Of a stretch of DNA of 64,000 nucleotides, positions 45,756 to 59,881 are shown piece by piece. Below the pieces are notes generated by a model. The model was not told where the DNA came from. It did no database searches and saw nothing but the letters and a program-made list of their open reading frames with translations. The position numbers were made by a program, and so were the translations under genes. The first letter of the stretch is position 1. Each line of letters begins with the position of its first letter. The stretch spans positions 213,900,001-213,964,000 of the forward strand of contig OZ024742.1 in assembly GCA_964016885.1 (NCBI GenBank), read 5' to 3'. Source of the DNA: Eledone cirrhosa (lineage: Eukaryota).

Positions 45756-45900
45756 AACCTTATAGGCACCCGTTTTACGTGTGTTGTGTTGAAGCAAATA
45801 ACTTTGTGCATACTCTGGTAATGTATCTTACATTGCCCATCGAGTGCGCTGAGATAGAACCGGTACTGGCATTGATAAATATGCTGGTTCCGTCAACCCT

Positions 45901-45943
<43 letters not shown>

Positions 45944-46135
45944 GTATAGGATTACCCAAGATGTAGTAATGGTTAATTACTACACTGGATATGGTTGACG
46001 TACGGTGAGAGGTTACTCTACCAGTTATGGAAGAATTGTTGAAGAAACTTAGTTCCTGATCCTTCTGTATTCCGGAGTGTATATAAAGAATGAATAATAA
46101 CAGGTAGACATCATAAAAAGATAATTTATTCCGTG

Positions 46136-46233
46136 TGCTTACAAATGTTTCCACGGTGGTATGCTATGTGCAAATTTACAAGAATTTGCAGAACTCAAAT
46201 ATCCAATGCTGTGACCACTGTATCCTCAGAGCA
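46136..46233 (-). ncRNA. Type I hammerhead ribozyme (left arm)
   Basis: Reverse complement of 47066-47163. Confidence 0.8.
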
Positions 46234-47065
46234 GAATGGTAAAATGTACAATGTAAATACCCTTAAGTGGGGTTGTTGGGGAAGATAGAGTAGGAAAGGA
46301 AGAGAGAAAAAAGTAGGGAAGAGGGAGAGAGAGAGAAAGATATGCAGGGGTTGGAGAAGTAGGAGAGAGTGGTTTGTAGATATCTTAATCAAAATGTTGT
46401 GGTAGGGGTTTTATTATACTGGTTACTTCTGAAGAGATGCGTTGATAGTTAAGGTCGGAATTATTTATTGCCCCAGAGGGCAGGTTCATAGATGTGGAGA
46501 GGGGGGTAGGCCAAAGGCGAGAGAGAGAGAGTGTAATGGATGTAGAGAGAGAGAGAGAGGTAGAGAGGGGACAGACGAAGTTTATGTGGTGAGTGAACTT
46601 TGGGTTTGTAGTAGTAATCTGTGAATTGCACTGAGTTACCATTTATAGTGATAAGCAGTGGTAACTCAGTGCAATTCACAGATTACTACTACAAACCCAA
46701 AGTTCACTCACCACATAAACTTCGTCTGTCCCCTCTCTACCTCTCTCTCTCTCTCTACATCCATTACACTCTCTTTCTCTCGCCTTTGGCCTACCCCCTC
46801 TCCACATCTATGAACCTGCCCTCTGGGGCAATAAATAATTCCGACCTTAACTATCAACGCATCTCCCCAGAAGTAACCAGTATAATAAAACCCCTACCAC
46901 AACATTTTGATTAAAATATCTACAAACCACTCTCTCCCACTTCTCCAACCCCTGCATATCTTTCTCTCTATCTCCCTCTCCCCTACTTTTTTCTCTCTTC
47001 CTTTCCTACTCTATCTTCCCCAACAACCCCACTTAATGGTATTTACATTGTACATTTTACCATTC

Positions 47066-47163
47066 TGCTCTGAGGATACAGTGGTCACAGCATTGGATAT
47101 TTGAGTTCTGCAAATTCTTGTAAATTTGCACATAGCATACCACCGTGGAAACATTTGTAAGCA
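47066..47163 (+). ncRNA. Type I hammerhead ribozyme (right arm)
   Basis: TGCT CTGAGGA TACAGTGGT..ACCACCGTG GAAAC ATTT GTA| AGCA; AATAAA at 47169. Confidence 0.8.
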
Positions 47164-47237
47164 CACGGAATAAATTACCTTTTTATGATGTCTACCTGTT
47201 ATTATTCATTCTTTATATATATATATATATATATATA

Positions 47238-47356
47238 AAATATGGAAAAAGCAAACAAGTTAAGAAAAAAATCTTTACTTATTTACTTTAATGTCCCTAC
47301 TGCAGTTTGATATAAGTAAAGATTTTTTTCTTAACTTGTTTGCTTTTTCCATATTT
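47238..47356. repeat. Inverted repeat (~45-bp arms, ~29-nt loop) next to (TA)n
   Basis: AAATATGGAAAAAGCAAACAAGTTAAG..CTTAT / ATAAG..CTTAACTTGTTTGCTTTTTCCATATTT. Confidence 0.9.
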
Positions 47357-47538
47357 GATATTATTAGGCTCTGAATCTGTTAATTTTATTAACTATTTCA
47401 TTGAACCAAACTCAGTATAAGTTGGACACCCTGTATGTATGTATGTATGTATATAACTATATTTGTATCTCTACGCGTGTAGAGACATGTATACTTCTTC
47501 ATTTAATACACACACACACACACACAGACGCGCGCGCG

Positions 47539-47572
<34 letters not shown>

Positions 47573-48019
47573 GTAGATTGAAAGAAATTAATTTGTTTTT
47601 GTTTTTGAATTATTCGCAACCTAAGGAAATTTTAATCTAAACATTTAATTATTTGTAATAGCCAACTCTGAATATTATCTTTTATTTAGTGAGAAAATTG
47701 AAATCAATTTCAAAGAAGTAAGGAAATATATGAGATTTTATATACTTAGTTTAACCAATGTTCTATACGAATAACGCAAATGTAGTCCGAAGTTAACGAA
47801 AGATAAAACAATAATTATAATAAATAATACAAAAACAATATTTTACCTTTTAAAATATTCAAATTCGGTAGAAAAATTGATACATTTCATAAGTTTGTTT
47901 ACCATTATGTGTTCAATGATCCAGAAATTAACGCTGAGGTTCAGATCTTATACACATACAACCCCCTCTTGCACTCACACACATACACACACAGAGCCTG
48001 CCCAATATAATATATATAT

Positions 48020-48127
<108 letters not shown>

Positions 48128-48232
48128 TATATACTCACATAAAAACAGATAAATGCCCATACAGAAAGACGGAGCCAGGCACACAGATAAACATCTATAT
48201 ACATATATACACACACACTTAAAGACACACAC

Positions 48233-48270
<38 letters not shown>

Positions 48271-48862
48271 GTGTCTGTGTGTGCATATATGTATGTACGC
48301 ATGTATGTTTTTCTATATGCACAAGCGATAACAACAATACTAAAAATAAGAACATTTCTTTCCTATCGTTTTTCTGAAATTACCGTTATCATCAAATCGA
48401 TTATGTACCAAATCCAGATACAAAATAAAATAAAATAACATATATAAGAGCAACAACAAATACAACATAACTGAGGTATACTTTCCTTACATATTAGTGT
48501 ATAAATTATTAGCGTATAAATTTTTCGTCTTGAAAGAACTCGTATTCATAAATGGGAAGTATAAGAAAATGGATAGTATCAAGGTAGCGTTTGCAAAATT
48601 GTTTCGCCGAAGATGCTGACGTTACCATGTTGTTTCAGCGAATATTCCGTTCTTGTTCCTGTTCTTGTTCAAAACAACCAGCTTAATGATAGAATTCTAT
48701 ACCAAATTGGAAAAAATTTCTATAGATTTTGGATATAATACATACATACTTACATGTATGTGTTTAAATTGGTATATATTCTTGTATGTGTTTATCTATG
48801 TATACACATCTATCTATCAATTTATTTCTCCATTTCTCTGTATTATAAACGCACGTACGTAC

Positions 48863-48893
<31 letters not shown>

Positions 48894-49734
48894 TGTATGT
48901 ATGTATGTATGTATGTATGTATGTATGTATGTATGTATGTTTGTATGTGTGTTTGTGTGTATGTTTGTATGTATGTATGCTTGTATGTATGAATTTACGT
49001 ACGTATGTGTGTGCATTTATGTATGTATATGTGTGTACTTGTGTATGTGTATGTGTGTATGTGTACCACTGTTAATGTGAACAACAAGAAGAAAAGAGAT
49101 TACTCAATACTGAATGTAGAGTTATATAATTTATTATGAGCTGAAATTTCGCAAATTGTTACTTCAAGCATTTCGTTTCCGATCTGCCATCGATTATGAA
49201 ATAAAATATAAAAATGATGCACAACAGATATTCTGTAAATCTCTGGCTGGATAAAATGATCTTATTGTTTGAAAAAATAGGTAGGGTGTTTGCCATTTCG
49301 AGACGTGACGAATAGCTTATATGAAAAGCGATATGAAAAATAAAAAAAAGCATATGTCTGCTACGAGAATATAAAACAGAAATATAAATCACGCGTGCTT
49401 AAAATTGTGCAAATTATGGAATCGTTAAGATCTATAATATTGAAAATATGTTAAATAATCTTGAATCTTATTAGGTCTCACCGAATTATTTTCAATTAGC
49501 AAGCTGGATAGCCTAGAATTTAGCCAAATATGTGATAGGAGAAATAAATTATACGTTGATCAGGTGTGTCAGCAAATGGTAGGGGTAAAAATATTCATTG
49601 CTTTTTTCAAGCTGGTTCATAGACAAAGTTCACTCCAACGGCATTGTTTTAATTTGTTCCAAAAGATTTGGACCAGCACAAGTTCTAGGAGTTCTCGCCC
49701 TTCTTTATTTCTCATCACATGAACATTCCTAAAA

Positions 49735-50005
49735 GAAGGCTTAGTGGTTAGAACATTGGGCTTACAATCGGGAGGTTGTGAGTTCGATTCTCGGATCGGA
49801 TGATTCGTTGTGTCCTTGAGCAAGACACTTTATTTCACGTTTCTTCAGTTTACTCAGCAGTAGAAATGAGTTGCGACGTCAAAATTACAGGCGTGGAGAG
49901 GGGTGACTGGTATGCATGGGCAGCTGCTTATTTTCCACAAACTACATGGCCCCGACTTGTGCCTCGGTGCAAATCCCATAGTCATTTGTGACCGAAGGGG
50001 TTCTT
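49735..50005 (+). mobile_element. tRNA-derived SINE related to family C
   Basis: A box GGCTTAGTGG, B box GAGTTCGATTCTC, TGTGTCCTTGAGCAAGACACTT core. Confidence 0.75.
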
Positions 50006-51102
50006 TACCCATATATACATACACACTTATATATGTGTACACATATAATATGCGTGTTTATTTATTTTCTTGGAGGTTATTAAAAATTTAGAAACAAATC
50101 TTGCAAGTGTTCAAATGCTTCATAGTAATGGTGTGTGTGTCATAGCACAAATGCGCACGATTATTAGAAAAACCTTGAAATAATAATAGCCCCTTTAGTT
50201 TAAGTACCATGACGTTTTTGATGAAGCATTTGAAAAAAGAAATAAAAAATACAAAACAGTTTTAATAAAAGGACCCATTGAATTGGACGATCTTCATTTG
50301 AAGATAATAGAATAGCTGTCGTCAAAGAATCATTAGAGAGGTTACAAATTGGAAATCTATTGGGACACGCATGCTTTAAATCAATATCAGTCGATAGAGG
50401 GTTTCTACAATGTAGCATGGCAAAACCTTTTGTAGAATGTTAGTTATGCAAAACCAACATAACACAAAATATCTAAAATCAAAAAAGATAATAAATGAAA
50501 CAAAAGAAATTACAGAATCTCTACTTTGCAATGCTCTACATCAATTAGAATCACATATAAATGCTTAGAAAAAAAATGGGGAAAAGTAGAAAAATATGGA
50601 TAGTTCATAGAAGACTTAAAGCAATGCTATAATACTCATTTTCTCTTTAAAAATTAAAATCTTTTTGTGAGTTAATGTGATATTTAATTTGTTGTGCTAT
50701 AAGGCGAAAAACCATTAACCAAAATGAGTCCCGTACATCTACATACTATTTATGTCTATATATATATGTGCATATGTGTGGGTATATCTACACACACTCA
50801 CTCACACACATACACACACTTACACACACACAAACACACAAACACACAAACACATACACACACTTACACACACACACACATATATGTAAATCCGGATGGA
50901 TTCAGTTTGAAGCTGGTTACACCATTACTCAATAGAGTACTCGATGCATGGGGTAGTAGAATATGGTTATATTATAACAAGTCAGGATCCCGACGGCTGA
51001 GCTCTTGCTGCTTCAACAGCTATATATACTTACGAATGAAAATGTTCTAGTCCTGTAGAAGTCATTTTTCTCCCTCTTTCCTGCCCTTTCTTCTCTCCAC
51101 CC

Positions 51103-51172
<70 letters not shown>

Positions 51173-51176
51173 TAGG

Positions 51177-51222
<46 letters not shown>

Positions 51223-51248
51223 CATATATATATATATATATAGGTATG

Positions 51249-51315
<67 letters not shown>

Positions 51316-51316
51316 A

Positions 51317-51387
<71 letters not shown>

Positions 51388-51493
51388 ATATATATATATA
51401 TATATATATACGTATGTATGTATATATATATATGTATGTATGTATATATATATACATATATATATATATATGTATGTATGTATATATATATAC

Positions 51494-51588
<95 letters not shown>

Positions 51589-51735
51589 TCCTTCGGACAT
51601 GAGCCTGCGCAGACCGGTGGGGGTGAATTGGTACTCACAGGAGAACGGATGAAGAACCCAAAAGTACACACTTCGTCCGTTCCCATATTGATTCAATTTG
51701 GATTGCCTCGGAAACATAACCTTATTATGTAACAA

Positions 51736-51809
51736 GCTGTCTGACGATGTCGAGACACTCGCACACAGAACAGTGTGGCCAGTGTTGTCATTGAAATATA
51801 TATCACAGC
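51736..51809 (+). ncRNA. Type I hammerhead ribozyme
   Basis: GCTGT CTGACGA TG..GACACT..AGTGTT..CATT GAAA TATAT ATC| ACAGC; lies in TA-flanked element ~51585-51935. Confidence 0.72.
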
Positions 51810-51934
51810 ATTATTATTAAAGGACTTGAACATCTGAAACTACTTCGCTTTTACTTATTCGATATTTACTCCGTCATTCCTATGGAAAAAGTACGTTGAG
51901 TGCTTGAATTGAATTGCATCAATGTTTACCCTAA

Positions 51935-52011
<77 letters not shown>

Positions 52012-52234
52012 CATACATCTATATATATATGACCTGTGGAATAAGCTCAAAGATTCCAATAAATCCAAGCATTTATTCACATTAAATAAAAATAAAAATC
52101 GAATGACATATATATGTATAAGGACTGTCCATTTATTTTTGAGACTCGAAACCGATTCAGTAAAGGTAACCATAGTGAGTAAAGTTAATTTAAAAAAATT
52201 TATTTCTAAACTTTTTCTTATTTGCTAAACCTTG

Positions 52235-52320
<86 letters not shown>

Positions 52321-52398
52321 TAACAGATTAAAGTTTAAGCAAAGAATCGGTGCTTTCACCCTTAACGGGATCTTCTGAAACTTTAGTCTTCAAATTTA

Positions 52399-52462
<64 letters not shown>

Positions 52463-52617
52463 AACACATCAACAATTACAGAGGGTAACTTCTAAAGAGT
52501 GTATACACACATAGTTAACATACTAAAAATCAACAAGAACCTTGAAAGGACTCGTCGGCTGCTATTTATTTATTACTTGGAATCTTTGAGCTTATTCCAC
52601 AGGTGATATGATGCATG

Positions 52618-52672
52618 CTTCTGTAACCCTAACCGTCTAACCTATGCTAGCATGGAAGATAGACGTTAAAAC

Positions 52673-52712
<40 letters not shown>
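52618..52712 (+). mobile_element. 3' tail of an RTE-associated retroposon ending in (GAT)n
   Basis: CCGTCTAACCTATGCTAGCATGGAAGATAGACGTTAAAACGATGATGAT... Confidence 0.5.
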
Positions 52713-53882
52713 GTATCTTTAATATAATTTTGGAGGTATTTACGGCTCCTAAGTATTCTATTAGTAGAGCGTTTTATGTTGAAAGGAGTCGGCTGTTATT
52801 TCTAGCTGTCGATAAGCCTCTTCACGCCATTGCTTTGATGTCAGGGCGATGGATTTTTTTGCAACCACATGTGCTTTGCGTCGTTATTCCCTGATTTGCT
52901 TTTAGTGTGTAATCATAGATAGTTAAATTTTCTCATTTGCCGATGATCCAACATTTGACATGTATGATTCACCGATTAATGGTGAAATATATTTCCTCAA
53001 TGGAATATATACAAAGAAGATTAATCATTATTGCAAGCTATTTGTTGATTTTTAATATGTTACCTCCGTAACTATGTGTGTTTACACTCTTTACAAATTA
53101 TCCCCTGTAATTGTTTTATATGTTTATTTTATATATATATATATGTCATTCTATTTTTATTTTTATTTATGTGTGTGTGTGTATATATATATATAGGAAT
53201 GAAAAATGGCGTGCTGTGTTGTGGAAAACCTGATATACAAATTAAAATGAAGAATTAGAAATAGAAGCCAGGACTATCCATCATCAGAGGTCTACTAGCC
53301 ATAATAGGTATTTCTTCGTATTAAAGACCAGATACCTCAGGCTAGCGCGAACAATAACTAAAATAAGTTATTGGGATAAAAAGAGTTGGGTGGAGAAAGA
53401 GAGACAGGTACACAAACATGAATGGTGAGGCAACGTAAAGAGAGGAAAAAATGAGAAAATCAAGACAATGATTCATTTGAACAGAAGAACTTGCGAACAT
53501 TGACGAGTGGTCGAAAGACACATCTTAACTGTGCGAAAAGTAAGGAGGAAAGAATTTCACACGGTGTGGGACGATGGAGGAAGTGAGAGAGAGATAGTGA
53601 GTAGCAGAGAGTGAGTGAGTGAAAGGAAGAGGCTAGCCGAGATAGGGTGACTAGCAGAGGGGGTGAATGAAAGTAAGAGGGAGAAGGAGAGAGAAGGGGG
53701 AGAGAGAAAGAGGATAGCAGTAAGGGAAGGGAAGAGAAAAAGACAGGTCACAGCGAAGTGGAAAGCATATAGGAATGAACAATGGCGTGCTGTGTAGTTG
53801 CAGTTGTGATATATGTATGTATGTAATAGGTCGATACGTTTTTTTTCCACGTATGAACATAAATGATATAATATAACATAAT

Positions 53883-54056
53883 ATAATTGTTTCTACTTTT
53901 GGCACAAGGCCAGCAAAATTCCCAGTGTATTACTGGTACTTTATTTTATCGACCCCATAAGGATAAGAGGCAAAGTTAACCTCGGCGGGATTTGAACTCA
54001 TACTATAAAGGGCCGTAACTCTTTGCTGCAAAGCATGGCATCCGACCCTCTACCGA
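53883..54056 (-). mobile_element. Family A SINE
   Basis: Reverse complement of family A. Confidence 0.85.
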
Positions 54057-54072
54057 ATATAATATAATATAT

Positions 54073-54284
<212 letters not shown>

Positions 54285-54420
54285 TGGTAAAAGGAAAAGA
54301 AAATGCTGACAAATTGTTCCCAGTGAAAAATAGTTTAATTAGGAATAAGTAAAAATTAGTAATAGTATTGGTTAGTATTCAGTTTTGGTTTTAATTTTAC
54401 CTTAACACCTCTATTCTTTT

Positions 54421-54558
<138 letters not shown>

Positions 54559-55550
54559 ACTACAGTTTCATCAAATATTGATTTACAATTATTTCATCCT
54601 TATTGGGATTCATGAACAAATCAATCAGTAAGTATGATACATAGCCTTATGTACTGTTTATTATAATGAATTACCATATTTTGAGCTGTTTTAACTTCTC
54701 CATTTACTTCTTTTCAATTTTTATATTAAAAAACGACTCTTTATATGTATCTGTACAGCATCTTTTAATTATTACTGTCGTTATTATTGTATAAGTATGT
54801 ATATAGGTGTATGCGGGGGCGCACACGGGTTATTCCACACATATATATGCAGATGTATGTCTATTTATACGTGTATATGGGCACGTATACACGCATGTGC
54901 ATGTGTATGTATATACATATGTATATATCCATATATGCATATATATTTATGTATATATATGTGTATGTATATCTATGTGTGTGTATGTGTATATGTGTGT
55001 ATATGTGCATGTGTGTGTACACACTTATATGCGTGCGTGGGCTGCTGTGTCTGGCTGTATGTATGGATATATACATGTTTGTGAGCGTCTGTACATCTAT
55101 GCCTGCCTATCCATGTTTGTCGAATTACTACATCTACAATTATTTCTTCTTATCAATATTATCCACAACCAGACAACTCCCTTTTTTTAATTCTTCCACA
55201 AAAGCATGAACCGTCTTTACCGACACGATAAACCAGCACTTGGTTGTCCAAGCGTGACACACCCCACTAACCCCTGCTTCATGTTTACACCAAAGCAAGT
55301 TTTGACTGACCAATACACATTCCAAAACGCGCTCATACACACTGACACGGATCCTTAATTGCTCGGGCACTCATGTAAACACGCTCATGAATATCAGTGA
55401 ATAGACACCCGTATTGCTGCCCCACCAATTACACCTAAATACACACGTATGCCCACTCACAAAAAATAGGGCCGATGCCTATATATATATATATATATAC
55501 CTTCTCGGCCCACATACCACAACAAAAATATATCTTTTGTCGCATCACCA

Positions 55551-55617
55551 GTCTGAGGAGCAGATCGATAGTGGAGTCGGGTCAACTTGAGCCAAACCTC
55601 TGCGAAACGCGCGTAAT
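55551..55617 (+). ncRNA. Hammerhead motif with intact core and weak stem I
   Basis: GT CTGAGGA GCAGA..TCTGC GAAAC GCGC GTA| AT; AATAAA at 55630. Confidence 0.62.
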
Positions 55618-55771
55618 AGTTCGATACGCAATAAATATTTTTCATATGTAAACGAAACTTACTCGTTTTTTTCTTTTATATACCCCCTCCCTGTACATAG
55701 AGTGTTTCATTTGGTACCAACACCAGTATTTCACCGTACTACCTACACTATACACACACGCACACACACAG

Positions 55772-55887
<116 letters not shown>

Positions 55888-56418
55888 AAATTGAGTAGAG
55901 CATAATCGAAGCTTTGGTTGCAGCCAAGCTAACGAATGCAATCTCGGTGTGCAGCTAAGCACTCAATAGGTTATGTTACGCTAGAGTTATAACATTACGT
56001 TTAGACACCTTTGCAAATTGAAGACAGCGACCGATAGATGGGCCTCAGTGACCATAGTGACGAAAAAAACTGAACTCAGGATAACATTTTTGACTAACCT
56101 GGACCGTGGCGTCGACAACATACACAACACATGATATATACCATATAATATACATCACATATAATATATAATATCACGGCTAGGTTTCTGTAAATCCGAA
56201 ATCCACAAAATCCACTTGCAGGGGTCTGCAAGTTAATGGTTTTTGGAAGATAGAACAAAGAACTCACTTCGTCAACAAGTTTTTTGTTCTTGTCCGCCCG
56301 AGTGTGAAAGCTAGCAGTAAGCACTGTCAGAAGACACATGGTTTTCCCGAAGGTTTTGGCGGTCAATTCAAATTTAGAACAAAGGAATAAATATATATTT
56401 ATATATAGAGAGAGAGAG

Positions 56419-56666
<248 letters not shown>

Positions 56667-56667
56667 T

Positions 56668-56736
<69 letters not shown>

Positions 56737-56953
56737 TATATATATATAAAGGATAACAAAATATTGTTATAGGTAATCCAGTTAGAGGTTGTGAATACTC
56801 CGTATAGTGGATAGTTTTTGCGAGTTTACGATTTCTCTTGAATTCCTATGTAAGTTTATCTTGGAGTAATAATATTGAAAGAGTGAAGAATAACATGGTC
56901 AACAGTATAAAAACCTATTTTTTGTACTGGTTACCATGTTATTCTACACTCTT

Positions 56954-57034
<81 letters not shown>

Positions 57035-57472
57035 TGTGTGTGTGTGAGTGAATTTATCTATGCACTTACGTACGTGTACCTGTTTTTTTAAATGACACCA
57101 ATAGTATGATGCTAGCCTCATCTCCACACCTACTTGTAGTTGTAGATTAATCAATCTATGTACGCTGCATATTCTCTTGGGAAAACCAGGAATATCGCAG
57201 CAACATTTTTTATAGAATGAATTTGACCTTTTTCTTTCTTTATTCCTTCATTAGATTGTTTGTTTGTTTGCTTCTTTGCTTACACAAACACACACGCACA
57301 CATACACACATACACGCACATACACACACACATACACATATATATATATATATATACATATGTATATAAGAGAAGAAATTAAAAGATGGTTAAAAAAGTT
57401 CCATATATTTTATTATTCCGATATATGCATAGTTTTATTGTTCTACAATAAAACTCACCTCCTACATATATG

Positions 57473-57558
<86 letters not shown>

Positions 57559-57594
57559 CACATACACATATATGTGCACACACACATATATGTG

Positions 57595-57627
<33 letters not shown>

Positions 57628-57686
57628 GTATATATATATATATATTTATACACATACACATATATGTGCACACACACATATATGTG

Positions 57687-57743
<57 letters not shown>

Positions 57744-57837
57744 TTATACACATACACATATATGTGCACACACACATATATGTGCACACACACACACACA
57801 CATATATATATGTATATATATATTTATATATATAGTG

Positions 57838-57982
57838 GTGGAACACTGGAAGGTAATATCCGTAGTGGTAGAGCACTCAGTCCAAGGGACGAGTTAGGTA
57901 GAAGTGGTTACACAACAGTTAGTTCACCATACCGAATTAATTGTTCTCGGTATGGTGAACTAACTGTTGTGTAACCACTTCT
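57838..57982. mobile_element. Short repeat ending in a ~36-bp-arm hairpin (copy 2)
   Basis: Inverted repeat 57900-57982 with ~11-nt loop. Confidence 0.85.
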
Positions 57983-58021
57983 CTCTCTCACTCACTCTCT
58001 CTCTCTCTCTCTCTCTCTCTC

Positions 58022-58087
<66 letters not shown>

Positions 58088-58092
<5 letters not shown>

Positions 58093-58439
58093 AAAAAGAG
58101 ATGAAATCGAAAATGCAACTGGAGTCTTATTTTTTTAAAAAATATATATATTTATTTGGTTCCTTTACCGGTTTTGCAGTTCTTCTGCTTTTCAAAAGTA
58201 GAGTTGAGATGGAGGGTCTGTGGTTTTTCTCACATCTGTGAGAAAAACCACAGACACTCCATCTCAACTCTACTTTTGAAAAGCAGAAGAACTGCAAAAC
58301 CGGTAAAGGAACCAAATAAATATATATATTTAAAAAAAAAATAAGACTCCAGTTGCATTTTCGATTTCATCTCTTTTTCTTTATACTTTCACTGGTGTAG
58401 GACACCTCGGTTATTTTTCATTTTGTAAAAAAACCTCAC

Positions 58440-58446
<7 letters not shown>
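58088..58446. mobile_element. Palindromic TA-embedded element, copy 1 (hammerhead cores mutated G12>A)
   Basis: Arms meet at TTCTCACA TC TGTGAGAA; homologous to 61177-61597. Confidence 0.92.
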
Positions 58447-58519
<73 letters not shown>

Positions 58520-58647
58520 TATATATAATAACGTATATCAAATGGTCCCTTGCGATTTGAACACATATATGTATATATCTGTGTTTATCTTTCTTTTATA
58601 TTCAATTATAATAATGTATATATATTTATATACATATATATACATAA

Positions 58648-58678
<31 letters not shown>

Positions 58679-59160
58679 TTTATGTATGCATACACACATA
58701 TCTAAAGTTTTTCAACCCACTCCTATTTGATAATAGTGTCGGCTAATTACGTTATGTCACAAACAATATTTCTCTCTATACGCAGTTAGCTTAAAAAACA
58801 AACTCTTCATAAGTATCCATTACACTAAAAAACCAAAAAGTATATATAACTCATTGAAGCCTCATCACTTAAAACTATCTAAACATTAGTATGATCCAAA
58901 AGAAATATCACACACACACATACACACACACGCGCACATGCACACGAATATACTCATCAAACCCATACAAACCCCCATACAAATACACGCACATGAACAT
59001 ACACATAGACGCACCGACATAACCCCCGTGAAACACAAATATATACATACAACCATAAAAAATGTAGATAACTAGTAAATATGAAAGAATTGTATTACGA
59101 TAAATATTTGTTCCAGCAAGTAAACTCAAAATAGACATCTTAAAGCTTATATAAGAAAAT

Positions 59161-59266
59161 TAATTGTTTCTACTTTTGGCACAAGGCCAGCAATTATCCA
59201 GTGTATTACTGGTACTTTATTTGATCGACCCCGCAAGGATGAAAGGCAAAGTTAACCTCGGAGGGA
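59161..59266 (-). mobile_element. Family A SINE fragment with flanking duplication
   Basis: AAGCTTATATAAGAAAATTAAT on both sides (59143 and 59271). Confidence 0.8.
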
Positions 59267-59270
59267 AATT

Positions 59271-59400
59271 AAGCTTATATAAGAAAATTAATAAAAGATA
59301 AAAAGCTTATATAAGGAAATTAATAAAAGATAAAAAGCTTATATAAGGAAATTAATAAAAGATAAAAAGCTTATATAAGAAAATTAATAAAAGATAAAAA
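59271..59400. repeat. 32-bp minisatellite x4
   Basis: AAGCTTATATAAG(A/G)AAATTAATAAAAGATAAA units at 59271, 59303, 59335 and 59367. Confidence 0.95.
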
Positions 59401-59457
59401 GAAGCTCACAACTTAGAAAATTAAGTCACTAAAAAATCTAAGCACATACAGATATAT

Positions 59458-59505
<48 letters not shown>

Positions 59506-59797
59506 TTAAAATAATGATAAATTGCGAAGGCAAAATGTAGATATTCATAATAAATGTTATTCATAAGCTACCGTAATACGTATCTCAGAGTCTTTAATAA
59601 TTACATAATGCCACCATCACGCATTGCCAACACGACTTCGTCAGACAGCTTATCAAGTAAATGTTGTTACGTAATATTCCATGCAATACATGTTGCATGG
59701 AATATTACATAACAACATTTACTTGATAATTATTGATACGGAGACAGACTTGAATTCGATGTTGGTCAGATGAGATTCCAACAACCTTAATACAAAT

Positions 59798-59878
59798 GCT
59801 GTCTGACGAAGTCGAGTTGGTAGTTGCGTGATAGCAGCATTATGTAATTGTTAACGCTACAGAAATACGTATTACGGC
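59798..59878 (+). ncRNA. Hammerhead motif with degenerate stem II; inverted partner at 59570-59649
   Basis: GCTGT CTGACGA AG..CTACA GAAA TACGT ATT| ACGGC; the partner reads GAGA instead of GAAA. Confidence 0.55.
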
Positions 59879-59881
59879 AGA

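Larger units (their letters stand above)
46080..47219. repeat. Long inverted repeat (~560-bp arms, 17-nt spacer), one hammerhead per arm
   Basis: Left arm 46080-46641, spacer 46642-46658, right arm 46659-47219; mirrored ORF translations in the track confirm it. Confidence 0.97.

Noticed and set aside
46385-47104. Mirrored 65-97 aa ORFs on both strands
   Set aside because: A consequence of the inverted repeat; no recognisable domain
56172-56280. Possible minus-strand hammerhead (TTGACGA A GTGAGTTC..GGATTTAC A GAAAC CTAG)
   Set aside because: No valid cleavage triplet or stem I; too degenerate to call
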